A stretch of 63,585 nucleotides of DNA, the filler included, from Octopus bimaculoides (Eukaryota): the NCBI RefSeq assembly GCF_001194135.2. It is 4 parts of 4 records of this genome, joined end to end, with 100 filler letters (N's around TTAATTAATTAA, not from the genome) between each part and the next. Parts side by side here need not be neighbours in the genome. Positions count along the whole stretch, not along the records: positions 1 to 24,733 come from NC_069004.1; 3 more parts are not named here. The stretch is one strand, 5' to 3'. The notes beneath the pieces are model-generated. The model made no database searches. It was not told the origin of the DNA and saw only the letters and a list, made by a program, of their open reading frames with translations. This document shows positions 1 through 12,556 of this stretch, in pieces; position 1 is the stretch's first letter; each line of letters opens with the position of its first letter. The position numbers and the translations under genes were made by a program.

Positions 1-49
<49 letters not shown>

Positions 50-833
50 TATAAACACAACTAGTCTCTTCAACCAATTTCATCACTCTTCAAAACATTT
101 CCATTACCTATTACCTCCCTTGCTGCAGCTCTTCTTTGATATTAGTTACTTTTCTTACAACTTAATTGCTATATGTCCTTTGTCCATTAATACTATTCTC
201 TCAACCTCGCACTTTCATTAATCAACTCTCTCCACCACAGAACCGTCAAATGATTTCTCCTCCCACCTTTCCTCCACCACCAAATGTATCCCATCTTCTT
301 CATCCACTCCGTCGGACTCTCTCTTCCCCACCTACTCCTGCATACATACATGACCGTCTTCTTTCAGTTTCTTATTTCTTTATTGCCCACAAGGGGCTAA
401 ACATAGAGGGGACAAACAGGGACAGACAAACGGATTAAGTCGATTATATCTACCCCAGTGCGTAACTGGTACTTATTTAATCGAACCCGAAAAGATGAAA
501 GGCAAAGTCGACCTCGGCGGAATTTGAACTCAGAACGTAGCGGCAGACGAAATACGGCTAAGCATTTCACCCGGTGTGCTAACATTTCTACCTGCTCGCC
601 GCCTTCTTTCAGTTTCTGTCAATCAAATCCACTCACAAGGCCTTCATTGGCCCGCTGCTATTGTGGAAGACACTAATCCAAGATACTATACAATAGGACT
701 GAACCTAGAATCATGTGGTTGAGAAGCAAACTTTTTTACCACACAGCCACATCTACACCTAGTTGAGAATTTCTATACTTTTTGTTTTTCTCATGTGAGA
801 TATTTTTACCAGATTCTGTGTTCTTATTGACAG

Positions 834-984
834 GGAGTATAAAGAAAAAATAGCGGAGCTAGAATCAAATCTGAAAAAAGAAAGGGAGATAAGTAGAGAA
901 TATATTTCACGTTTCGACAACAACATAGGTTCAATACGGTGCCTGCATGAGAATCTTAAGGATCAAATACAGGCATTTTTGTAA
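834..984 (+). CDS. 3'-terminal coding exon of a coiled-coil protein (gene begins upstream of window)
   Basis: Acceptor ttcttattgacAG at 831-833, phase-2 start. Open frame EYKEKIAELESNLKKEREISREYISRFDNNIGSIRCLHENLKDQIQAFL* (TAA 982-984) with heptad-like, charged composition. AATAAA at 1441-1446. Confidence 0.6.
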
Positions 985-3269
985 AGGAGGAAGGTATCTA
1001 TTTTTCACCATTATTCGATTGTATGTGTCTATGAGGGAGTATAGCCTAATGGTTAGGGTGTTGCACTCGCAAAAAGGTTTTACGTTTCAAAGAGAAGATA
1101 GGAGCAATACGTCGCAAGATCATGCTTTCGGTTCCTTGACCAGGTGGTGTGTTGTGTTCTTGAGCAAATCACTTCGTTTTACAATGCTCCACAATTACTT
1201 CAACACCTGACATGAAAGAAAGGAGGAGGGGTTTTAGTAATTGGTAATTGGTTGGTGTCATGTAAAAAGCACCTGGTACATTCTGTAGATGATTGGTTGG
1301 CATTAGGAAGGGCTTCCAGCTGTAGAAACAGACAATTGGAGCATGGGAAACGGACGTTAAATGATGATGATGATGATGATGATGACGACGACGACGATGA
1401 CGATGATGGTGATGATGGTTGCATGTGTCAGTTGTTTTGTAATAAAGTTATTATACTGTATGATAGTGTACATCATGCACAGTTATACTCCCATACAGGG
1501 TTATTTTCCTATGTACCTCTTGGGGATACACGTACCTCCAGTTGAGAATTTCAGGTCCAGTATATATTCGTCTTAATGAAGACCATCCTTCTCTATCTAA
1601 TGCATTATAATGCCTGTCAATGTATTGATGAGAAATTGTCTAATAAATAGTTTCATTATTGACATTATTTACATTTATATATCTATATAAATATAGAACT
1701 GTAATAAATATTTTGTAAACGTGTTGCTATTGGTTAACTCGCTTCCTTTTCTACCAAGGCCTAATGTTACATTTTTAGTAGTAAGTGGGTTATACATCTT
1801 TAGATTGTATACCTGACTTTCTACTATAAAATTAAAGAAATAGACGGAACGCTGAACTCCAGACTAAACAACTTAAACAACATTTATTTACTTGGTAAAA
1901 CATACATATCTTTAGTTATACATCTTTAGAGGTGAGAATAACGAGCTGTCGAGTATAAGNNNNNNNNNNNNNNNNNNNNNNNNNNNNNNNNNNNNNNNNN
2001 NNNNNNNNNNNNNNNNNNNNNNNNNNNNNNNNNNNNNNNNNNNNNNNNNNNNNNNNNNNNNNNNNNNNNNNNNNNNNNNNNNNNNNNNNNNNNNNNNNNN
2101 NNNNNNNNNNNNNNNNNNNNNNNNNNNNNNNNNNNNNNNNNNNNNNNNNNNNNNNNNNNNNNNNNNNNNNNNNNNNNNNNNNNNNNNNNNNNNNNNNNNN
2201 NNNNNNNNNNNNNNNNNNNNNNNNNNNNNNNNNNNNNNNNNNNNNNNNNNNNNNNNNNNNNNNNNNNNNNNNNNNNNNNNNNNNNNNNNNNNNNNNNNNN
2301 NNNNNNNNNNNNNNNNNNNNNNNNNNNNNNNNNNNNNNNNNNNNNNNNNNNNNNNNNNNNNNNNNNNNNNNNNNNNNNNNNNNNNNNNNNNNNNNNNNNN
2401 NNNNNNNNNNNNNNNNNNNNNNNNNNNNNNNNNNNNNNNNNNNNNNNNNNNNNNNNNNNNNNNNNNNNNNNNNNNNNNNNNNNNNNNNNNNNNNNNNNNN
2501 NNNNNNNNNNNNNNNNNNNNNNGTCTAATATTCTGAATTTTTCAAAATTCTTCTAAATGACATTTGGATCTACTTGTCATATGTGAAGAATTACCTTGGA
2601 TGTGTATTCTGCTTGCATTTATTGGTGTCTGATTGCTGGATAGTGTTAACCAAATTCTTTAAAATCTGAGTGCTTTATTGATATCTGCCTGGACTTTTTA
2701 ACCCCTCTTTTGCTTTCCGTGTGTGTGCGGGGTGGGGGGGGGCATGTATAAAATGTTAGCGCCAAGCAGTGTTTAGGCATAAGCAAAATTTAGGTTACTT
2801 AAAATATGTTTGTGACATATTTCAACTAAGACAAATACACTGCCAACATGAAATGGAGAAAATATCTCTCTTGTGGTAAAATGTGTGAAAATAACCGGTC
2901 TGTTCAGCGTCACCATCTATCAGGAATCCCAGCCATCGAGTTTATTGACCCTTGTCAATGGGATGTACCTAAGAGAGGCAACTCTGAACAGACTTATAAA
3001 ACAATAGCTTTACGTATAATTCAGTCAACACGCTGACTGATTTGCGCTAGTTGATCGCCCGATCGAGGAAAATCACGAAATGTTAGCACTAAGCAGTGTT
3101 TAGGCATAAGCTAAATTTAGGTTAGTTAAAATATGTTTGTGAGATGGCGACATGAAATATAACCATGCCCAAGTATAACAATATCTGTTTCAGCACATGA
3201 TTTTAAATCAGGAGTCTTACAAAACATATACATAAACGTAACACTATTGTTTCTTTAATCAGAATTATT

Positions 3270-3720
3270 TAGATTTGAGAAAATTCTTTTATAAACTGTC
3301 TCCCCATTTCTGAATGACACTCAGGATCATCTTTTATGCATTGGTAAAAGAAAAATTTCTCCCCGCAAATTTGTAAATGTTCACTGAGAAGGATTTTCCT
3401 TAGTTCCGGAGTGGCATATTTCTTGTTGATGTATCCTCACTCTTTCACATAGAGAGTTTCCGGGTTGGCCAATGTAATTTTTCTTACAAATCGGAGCAAG
3501 TTATGTAAAATATGATATCTCCTGTTTTGCAGTTCATGTCTGCATTAATCTTCGTGGATCAACTGGGTTTTTTGTTTGCTTTTAAAATTTTTTTCATAAC
3601 CAGATTTTAAGTGGATGTAATTTTCACCATTGTGTATCCTACATCTGCTGAAAGGATGATCCAGAATATCATTTAGAAATGGAGAAACAAATTTCCCTAA
3701 ACTGAGGAATTTTTCTTAAA
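3270..3720 (-). mobile_element. Penelope-like element, degenerate GIY-YIG endonuclease fragment
   Basis: Frameshifted minus-strand translation: INADMNCKTGDIIFYITCS..KNYIGQPGNSLCERVRIHQQEI...LSEHLQICG. Confidence 0.7.
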
Positions 3721-4374
3721 GAAACAACAATGACCAAAAGAGAAAAAATTTGTCTTGAAACCCTAACACCTTAAAAAGGGATTAAAGCACTAAACTTAAG
3801 TATTTTCCATTTGTTTTCAGTATTTTCTCCATTTCTTTTAATGAAAATATGAGAAAACAAAATTATATTTTCATGCTTTTCTCTGGCATTTTTTTCTCTA
3901 TTTTTACTACATTTTTATTAATTCTGTGCATGTATGTATATGTTTGGAATTGCCAAAATTATGTTTGATACAGTTCTAATATTACATAAGCTAGATCTCT
4001 TCACAACTCTTACTATCATTTTATTATTGTTCCTCTAGGTATTACAGTTCCAAGATTTAGATGTATGAGTTTCCTTTGGACAATCCGGTTTGCACATGTT
4101 ATAAGAACGACCTTATTTCCACCGATAGTTTGCCTCCCACCACTTCCCTTTCTACTTGTTTTCAAAATTATTTTAAGCATTAAAGAATTTCAAGAATAAA
4201 ATATATTTTCAATCTATAATGAAATGTGTCACTTCATAAAATCTTTAATTTACGAATTACGGGTTATCTCATGCTGATGACTTCTAAAAACACTGAAATA
4301 GTGCTACACAGCGTTACCACTGACTAGAAATGTAAAGAACTTCATGGCGCATACGTGACGCAGGCGTTACATAG

Positions 4375-4780
4375 GCGCAGGCGTGGTTGTGTGGTAAGAA
4401 GCTTGCTTTCCAACTACATGGTTCAGTGTTCAGTCGCACTGCGTGCCACCTTGAGCGAGTGTTTTCTACTATAGCCTCGGGTCGATTAAAGGTTTGTTAG
4501 TGGATCTGGTAGACGGAAACTGAAAAGAAGCCCGTCGTGTATTTGTGTTTGCGTGTGTGTGTGCTGCGTATGTGTCTTTGTGTTTATGTATGTTTATCCA
4601 CCAGTGCTTGACAACCGGTATTGGTGTGTTTACGTCCCCGTAACTTAGCGGTTCGGCAAAAGGAAACGATAGAATGAGTACCAGGCTTTAAAAAAGTAAG
4701 TACTGGGGTCGATTCATTTGACAACAAATTTTTTAAGTGATGCCCCAGCATGGCCGGTAAAAGAATGAAAGAGTAAGTAA
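4375..4780 (+). mobile_element. Composite tRNA-derived SINE family B (head + internal TG/TA microsatellite + 3' module)
   Basis: A-box-like TGGTTGTGTGGTAAG, B-box-like GTTCAGT, internal (TG)-rich tract, tail CTTGACAACCG...CCCCAGCATGGCCG. Head or tail modules recur at about 606, 5225, 16180, 18290, 21420, 22478, 23262, 28885-29520, 37427, 43122, 51878-52440, 53788, 58235 and 60577. Confidence 0.85.
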
Positions 4781-5519
4781 ACCAAAAAAAAATGTGAATT
4801 CTGAGCATCTTTTTCCTTATAATTCTTTAATATCAAATTCAAATTTTTAATCCAGCCAAATATTTTAAAGAAATGATTATCTCCCTTGTAATAATTGTGT
4901 CCAATGGAGGGAAGATACGTGTTTTAAAAAGATAATGCATAAAGATTTCATAAAAGTTTTAACATGAAATAAAACTGTATTCACATTCGCTTTATTTAGT
5001 ATGCTTTAATTAGATATATGTAATTTAATTGGATATGATATTTGTAATTAAAACACAGAAATAACGCAAAACACTAATGGTTTAAGTGCCTATCACAAAA
5101 CATGAGTCACCTGAGCACTATTCGAAAGACAATTCGAAAGACATTCTTACATGAAATACAATTCGAAAGACATTCTTACATGAAAGGTAACGTTCAAGAA
5201 AGTCTGATGTTCACTTGTGCAAAGAATTTTGCTTCCAAACTACATGGTTCCGGGTTCAGTTCCACTGCATGGCGCCTTGGGCAAGTGTCTTCAACTATAG
5301 CCTCAGGCCGATCAAAGCCTTGTAAATGGACTTGGTAGACAGAAACTGAAAGGATTTCCGTCGTTCTCTTTTGCTGATCCGCTATAATAGGATTTTTTAA
5401 ACATCGAATGGTTATGAGGGTCTATCCAAGTATAATGGGAATCAAAGGGATCACTAGGTAGAAAAATGGTTGAGAAACACTGACTTTAAAGATAAACTTC
5501 AATACAACAGATTGATTTC

Positions 5520-6560
5520 ATAAAAATAGACCAACTTCCAATAATACAAATGACCTCTACAAAAGAACAAATAAATCGCGGACGATACTGTGGTATAATG
5601 CGGTATTCAGTAGACAAATAAATACTAACATTTCCGCGAAATTTTTCGCAGCCCTGGAAAAGCATTTTTCTAGATCGAACAAATACAGTCGAATTTTAAC
5701 AGGCACACGATCAAATTAGCTTTTTCCACTAGAAGAAACTTAGCCCAAATTATCGCGGCGCATTATATTAGAATATCTGAATTCCATAATAATAAAGACC
5801 GTAGTAAAATAGATAATGAAAATAACAATCATAAGGATAACAACCATGATCATCGAACTGAATAGATAAATAGTCGATCTGGAGAGATTTTAAACACCGA
5901 ACTTATTAACAATGCAAGGAAAGCGTATAGAATACTGGAGACGAGCAGTAGAAGGAAGGCAACCGATACGATACTTAAGTGAACTAAATGTGATATACTT
6001 TGAACGCAAACCCAGAAGTATAGCCCTAATGTAAACACCAGTAGACTTTTAGATAAAGATATGGTCGAGGTATCTAATTCTGATCCCATTAGCGCTAGTA
6101 TCGATAAAATTCTTTGTAGCTGCAACAAGAAAATATTTCCTCTCAATGCACAGTGCTTGAGGAAAAATACAGTGTACAGATGTAAGGTTATGTGAGGTAG
6201 AATTTCACACTTTTATATTGGGGAATGCTCGACTACATTCAAGTGGAGACGAGCTAACCATCAAGCTTTCTTCAAAGATAGGGAGAAAATGCATTGCACA
6301 AGCTTAAGTGGGTTTATTTGGTTCATAAAGGACAGAAACACTAACGTTGATATAGAATGGAAAATAATAGGCGGGAGCAAACATTACGTAATCGGAGGTA
6401 AGAAATGCAATTTATTTATGCCTGGAAGAAATATTCAATAGTGTCACGTCTAAATATCAGTTATCAAATAGTCAAAACGAAACAGCCCTAAAATGTGCAC
6501 ACATCACAGAAAAACATTCAAAAATTTCCCTCGATAAGTATTTTAGTAAAGTAAATATCA
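5520..6560 (+). mobile_element. Penelope-like element 3' part (linker + GIY-YIG), degenerate
   Basis: RTILWYNAVFSRQINTNISAKFF..LEKHF; CSCNKKIFPLNAQCLRKNTVYRCKV..FYIGECSTTFKWRRANHQAFF...TSLSGFIWFIKD...IEWKII...KKCNL. Contains stops and frameshifts. Confidence 0.8.
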
Positions 6561-7299
6561 TGGAGATTAGAGGTGCTGGAGTTTACATGGTAAATATTAG
6601 TGCAATATCTAGTTTGCCTATATCCTACTAGCAATTCTTTTCCAAATAATTAGTATTCTTCGTTTATAAAACTTCATAAATGAATTAATTTATTCTATTT
6701 CTAGGAGGATATTTTTCTATATGTAAATTATATTTGACTTAGTGACCCTTAATTGAACACATCTATCTCTGAATCTTTTTCCTTTCTATTTCGATTAAGG
6801 CTGGTGAATGAAATATACTCTGACCTTGTTTCGAATCTAGTATTCATGATTCGAATTTCAAACGTTAGGATCATCATAGAGTCATCCTAATAGCTGTTTT
6901 TATAGCCGTATCAGGTTTCTAAATATTCCTCTCTAATTCTTTGCTCACAAAAACTACCGTCCCCAACCAAATATAATACCACTTAAACCAATATACTTTT
7001 AGTTCGCTTCAAACCACAGCTATATGCAACACCTTGAATAAAGCTGCATAGACTCTTGATCAGATAGACAAACTGGATGCAAATGAAAACCATATTGTGA
7101 GATACCCATGCAGCAAAAACATGTCGGACAGATTTAAATTAAATATTCTGTATAATTGACTCTAATAATAATAAAAATGTATAGGTGTATTAATTTCCTT
7201 ATTCATTGAATTGTCTTTATAAACTGTTTATAATCTAGTGAAGCGAACCCATCTAATGAAATACATTGGGATTGCTTTTGCCTCGAATGGTTCCAGGTT

Positions 7300-7762
7300 A
7301 TTCCTTAACCTGCCGAGATATAACATCCTTACCCCGGTCTCACGTTATTTCCGCTCTACCGGTCATTCATTACAACACGTGTCTGTGTTTGGATTATCTT
7401 TGCACAGGGGCCATCCGGACTCCCGCCTTCGCTGTGAACAGGAATTAATCTTCTCTCTTTGCTCCTTTGCACCACATGCGCTTAACTCCTCTTCCTTCTT
7501 CATCTGATGCCCCTATCCACATGCACACACTTACACACTCTCACATACACACGCACGCGCACCTTCGTTTTGGGATCACCAATACTTTATCATCTCTCCT
7601 TCTTCCTAGCTCTCTTGTCTAACTATCTTTGTCCAGCCAGCCACCATGATTGACCGCTAGCTCCAAAAGTTTGTTATTCTCTCTCTGTTTATTTCTTCAT
7701 GTTCCTTTCTGTTGAAGAACGTAGGCTCGAAACGTAAAAGACTTTGTCACCTTCCCAAACGT

Positions 7763-7765
<3 letters not shown>
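7300..7765 (+). mobile_element. Penelope-like element C-terminus and 3' tail
   Basis: PVSRYFRSTGHSLQHVSVFGLSLHRGHPDSRLRCEQELIFSLCSFAPHALN matches the PLE endonuclease C-terminal pattern. The tail contains a hammerhead-like motif. Confidence 0.75.
7705..7740 (+). ncRNA. Minimal type-I hammerhead-ribozyme-like motif (variant core)
   Basis: Stem I CTTT/AAAG, core CTGTTGA+A, stem II GAAC/GCTC (one mismatch), GAAA, palindromic ACGT, predicted cleavage after TA (7736). Confidence 0.5.
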
Positions 7766-7795
<30 letters not shown>

Positions 7796-7829
7796 GATAA
7801 GAAAATGGAGGGAAAACAACCATGAGAAG

Positions 7830-9560
7830 TGTGTCTTTAATGCTAAAAAGCCATTATCTAATTAGTTAAGAAATTTGAGGTTAAGAGTGAGTTTACAGCT
7901 GTTTCTGTGTACCATGTTGAGGTAAATATGTATTTACAACGTTGCAAATAGTGGACGTCATCAGAATGAAGAAGGCAGAGATAGACAAAGAGAATAGAGT
8001 GAAAGATAGAGGGAGAAACCGGAAAAGAAAATGTTCAATGATTCGAAAGTCTTACATTTTAGTTAGATTCCAAGTTCATTAAATCCATTGTGAGGTAGAT
8101 GAAGAATAGAGGTTGGTTGAATCTAAGGTATCGTAGTTAGTTATTAACATGACTTCCACGTATCTGCCTGTTCGGCTAGTTGACCGCCGGTGTAATCTGA
8201 GGTAGTTATCCCTAATTAGGGATATCCGGTGTGGTTAATAGGACTTATGTTTCACTAACTTATAGGTCGTAGGTAGTTCGTATCTACAAAGGAAGCCATA
8301 AATAAGGGTGAAAGTGAAAGTGAGAAGAAAAAAGCAAAAATGCACATTGGACATTAAAAAAATAAGGCTTTTTTTATGAAAAGTAACGATAAATATATAC
8401 AATTAGATGAACTGAGGTAGAATTAAGAGGAATAAAAGTCATTATTTTGAATTGTTAAAGAGATTCAAAGTCATACCGGTATCGTGAAAAGCTGTTTACT
8501 GGCTTTGAATGAGCACCGATTTCCAAACGGTGTCGGGTCTACTAGTCCCTGAGTAAAAAGACAATATGCAAGGGAGGTAAGCAGTTCTGGAAGTGGTGCA
8601 ATTAGGGTATATATAATACTGAAATATGAATGGTGGATGGTTTCTATGGGAATTAGTGGTATTATTGGTAAGGTTAGTAGTGTTCTGTATTATGCTAAGT
8701 GTTCATGTTGAGTTGTGGATGATATTTATTTATGAAAGTTGCCTCTTTATTCATTCTTTGCTGTATTGAGGTGTTCTGTGAACATTGATAAAAAGGGAAA
8801 ATTAGGAAATTCAGTTTAAGGTTCCTAGCACATCTTTCTATGTGCTCATTGACCTGTATATGTCTATATTGTGGGTAGCGGATTTGTTCTTTGTGAAGAG
8901 TTTTCTTCGACGGAGATACATTCCTCTTTGGCCAATATATTTTTACCGCACCCTAAGCAGGTAATGGCATAGATTAGGTTTTCCGAGGCACAGGTGAAAT
9001 TTGATTTCACCTTGTTTAAAGTGGAACTCTGTACCCTCCAAAAGGTGGGGGCACGTGCCACAATTAGGGCGACCGCATTTTTTCACTTTTGGTTCCGTTG
9101 TTAATGGATATAGTCTTGAATTGGTTAATATTTTTTTCAATGATTTCGGTTGCATTTTGCTCTTGATAATTTTGTGTGAGCCTAAAATTTTGTTCATTGT
9201 TTTATCTCCTGTGAGAATGGGTAGATTTTGGATGATAATGTTGAAGGACTCGTTGTTTCTATGGTTGTGTGGAGAAGTATAGGACTATTTTTAAGTCTGG
9301 TGTAGTATTTCGGTTGACTTCCCTTAATGTTTGTATGTCTATTTCCTTTGCTCGTTTAATCCCATCATTTATTAATGATGTTAGGTAATGTCTCTTGATT
9401 AGCATTGATCTGAGTTCAAGGAGTCTTCGTTCACGAGTGTTGGTATCCGAAACTATGGTACAGATTCTTTTCGCTAGATTATAAGGTATATTAATTTTTA
9501 TGTGTTTGGGTGGCATGAGTTGAATAATAGGTATTGTTTTGAAGAAGATGTCCGTTTAGG
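7830..9560 (-). mobile_element. Penelope-like element (RT thumb + Cys linker + GIY-YIG), 5'-truncated
   Basis: KQYLLFNSCHPKHIKINIPYNLAKRICTIVSD; KKCGRPNCGTCPHL; NFTCASENLIYAITCLGCG. Several frameshifts. Downstream non-coding boundary approximate. Confidence 0.85.
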
Positions 9561-9789
9561 GACACTCTAAAAGTAATATTTAAAAAAACTGGTTGTTATT
9601 GCCGGTCAGAGAGTGACCGGTGATATTTCACCTATAATGGGCTTGGCTATATAGGCGAATTGTCAGACTCGAATAGCCAGAGGCACATAACTTCTCTACA
9701 ACTGGAAGAAGGAAAATGTCACGGTCAGTTCGCGCGCGCGCGCATAACACACACGCATACACACAGAAGGTGCGATGGTGATTTAAGGA

Positions 9790-10990
9790 GATTTGATTAT
9801 CAATATACTCTTTTCACATCAATTAAAAGGTTTTATTTTTTTCGGATGCTTCATGACAGTGAAATGTTATCCCAAGAAATGAAAAGTCATTACCACAGCG
9901 ATTTAGAAATTGCCAACGTTCTAAAATTTGCGAGATCTTTTGTACGTAAAGTTTGGATAGAACTGGGAACCTCTGGCAAGAAGTTCCATCTAAATCAAAA
10001 ATAAAATTAAAATATTCTAAACGTTCGGACAATATAAGGTACACTGCAATTTATCCAATGGGTTTGAAACATTATCGATGATACACCTAGAAAATCAATG
10101 AGGGTCATTGTCAATGAACATCATGTATCGGAGTGGACTATCAGAACTGTAGAACACGAGGACTTTCGATAGAAGTTGTGTGTACTAAGCAAAGGCCAAT
10201 TCTTTTCTGCAAAGATACAGGAAAACCGTTTGATTGGTGCCAAGCGGTTCCTTAACAATGTTAAAAACCCTCATGAACATGACATGCATTGGTTCATCTC
10301 GGTGAGAAAAATTTCTATCAACACCAAAAGTCTAATAGGAGAAATGACAGTTAGGTGCAGATCCTTTTGATGTCTCCAAAGTGATCCACATTAAGTTTGA
10401 AGCAACCGTAATAATTTTAAGAGTGGTGAGTAATGATAGTCATGCTATTATACCCCCTCACACCTTTCATAGGATCTTAGAATTAATACTGCTGGATACA
10501 TTGAGGTGCTGGAGACAATTGCTAAACCCTGCATAGATGTACTCAGTTTAGCAACCAAAGAATGATGGTCAAATCATGTAGCACCAAATTTTGGCCTCCA
10601 AACTCGCCTGATTAAAATTCCAAGGGCTACTACGTTTCGAGTGTTGCTGAAAGAGAGAGACTAATCGACATCCTCACAAAGCCATAGCTTCACTGAAGGC
10701 CACCATTGTCCAGGTGGTGTCCAAAGTAAATAAGGACCATTTAGTGCAGGCATGTCAACGATTCCGGTCCCGCATTCAGTAATCAAAGCTAAAGACGAAT
10801 CGATTGCTTCTAGAAAACATGAGCACAAATTTTTATTAAAATACATTTGGTTTTTGTTAGCTTTGAGTGGTTTTATTAAATTACTACGAATATCTTGAAA
10901 TACCTCTCGAAGCCTGTGTATATATATAAGGTGTCTAGCATAAATTTGACATAAAAGGAAAAGAAAACACAATATCTCATCCAAAAAATA
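9790..10990 (+). mobile_element. Degenerate Tc1/mariner (maT / DD37D-like) transposon
   Basis: HSDLEIANVLKFARSFVRKV; KGQFFSAKIQENRLIGAKRFLNNVKNP; RVVSND..GLRINTAGYIEVLETIAKP; ERETNRHPH..SLKATIV...DHLVQACQRFRSRI. Confidence 0.8.
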
Positions 10991-10999
10991 CAAGTATTT

Positions 11000-11640
11000 T
11001 AAAAAATTCAAAAGATATCAACCAGATTATGGCTGGGAGATAACGGTTTACTCAAAATAGCCGCCCTCAGCTCCCACCACAGCAACAAACGGCTTCTGAA
11101 CCGAACGTGTGCATTCCTCAAGACATCCCTGGGAAGATTTTCAAATACTTCATTGATCTGGGCTACCAACTTGGGCTTGGTGCTGCAGGCAGAGTAGTTG
11201 CCGTCTTTTTCAGCCATGCCCCACTCATAGCAACCCATAGAATTAGAAGCCCAGGAATTGGAACTTGTGAAAACGTAGAAAATCTCCACCAATCACTTTT
11301 GACTCTTTTCGTTGGTATGACAAGGAGCCAAATCCTGCTGCTACACATATGGCCTTCCAACAGTAGCCCTCTCCAGCGAGGGACAGACCACAGTCTTCAG
11401 CAATTTCACACAGCTGTCTGAATTGGGCCTATGGGTCTGTTCAAAGATATGGGAATAAACCCTAGCGTGTGGACGCAGCCTGAACACTTGCTGTATCCCT
11501 TCCTTCTGGTCACAGCTTCGTAGCTGTCCATATTACATCTTACAGATTTTATAGTGTTCACAGAACATTGAGCAGCAGTCGTGATGTTTGTATTTTGATA
11601 CTTGAGGTGAACCATCATCGTTCAGATGTCCTCCAAGTCA
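11000..11640 (-). mobile_element. Degenerate Tc1/mariner (maT / DD37D-like) transposase 3' half, second subfamily
   Basis: GRPYV*QQDLAPCHT.EKSQK*LVEIFYVFTSSNSWASNS...YEWGMAEKD..ACSTKPKLVAQINEVFENLPRDVLRNAHVRFRSRL. Confidence 0.75.
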
Positions 11641-12189
11641 GATAACTCTTTCTCAACTAAAACATTAATCATTATGCTCTCTAGCACCGTTACTTGTCCT
11701 CCAATCCCTCAAGCTGTTCCTGAAAAAAAAAAAGAGACATTTTAAAAAGGCGTCAAATTTAGTCCGAATGCCATGTATATATATATATACATATATATNN
11801 NNNNNNNNNNNNNNNNNNNNNNNNNNNNNNNNNNNNNNNNNNNNNNNNNNNNNNNNNNNNNNNNNNNNNNNNNNNNNNNNNNNNNNNNNNNNNNNNNNNN
11901 NNNNNNNNNNNNNNNNNNNNNNNNNNNNNNNNNNNNNNNNNNNNNNNNNNNNNNNNNNNNNNNNNNNNNNNNNNNNNNNNNNNNNNNNNNNNNNNNNNNN
12001 NNNNNNNNNNNNNNNNNNNNNNNNNNNNNNNNNNNNNNNNNNNNNNNNNNNNNNNNNNNNNNNNNNNNNNNNNNNNNNNNNNNNNNNNNNNNNNNNNNNN
12101 NNNNNNNNNNNNNNNNNNNNNNNNNNNNCAGACAGAGACAGACAGAGACAGACAGAGACAGACAGAGACAGAGAGACAGAGAGAGAGAC

Positions 12190-12224
<35 letters not shown>

Positions 12225-12280
12225 CAGAGAGACAGAGACAGAGACAGACAGACAGACAGATTGATAGCTAGCTAGCTAGC

Positions 12281-12326
<46 letters not shown>

Positions 12327-12556
12327 TGTATACTTATTTTATCGACCCTGAAAGGATAAAAGACAAAGTTAAGCTCGGCAGAATTTAAACTCAGAGCGTA
12401 AGGACGGACGAAATGCCGCTGAGCATTTTGTCCGGCGTGCTAACGATCCTGCCTGCTCGCCGCCTTAAATGGTTTAGTAATAAAACTGGGAAATACGTCT
12501 AGGTAGCGATAAAAAGCTAGGATTAACATCCGTAGCGAAATTCAGTTATAAGAAGC

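Noticed and set aside
2755-3145. About 70-bp diverged direct repeat spaced about 325 bp apart
   Set aside because: Only two units with no spacer array or coding signal; an old local duplication, not CRISPR-like.
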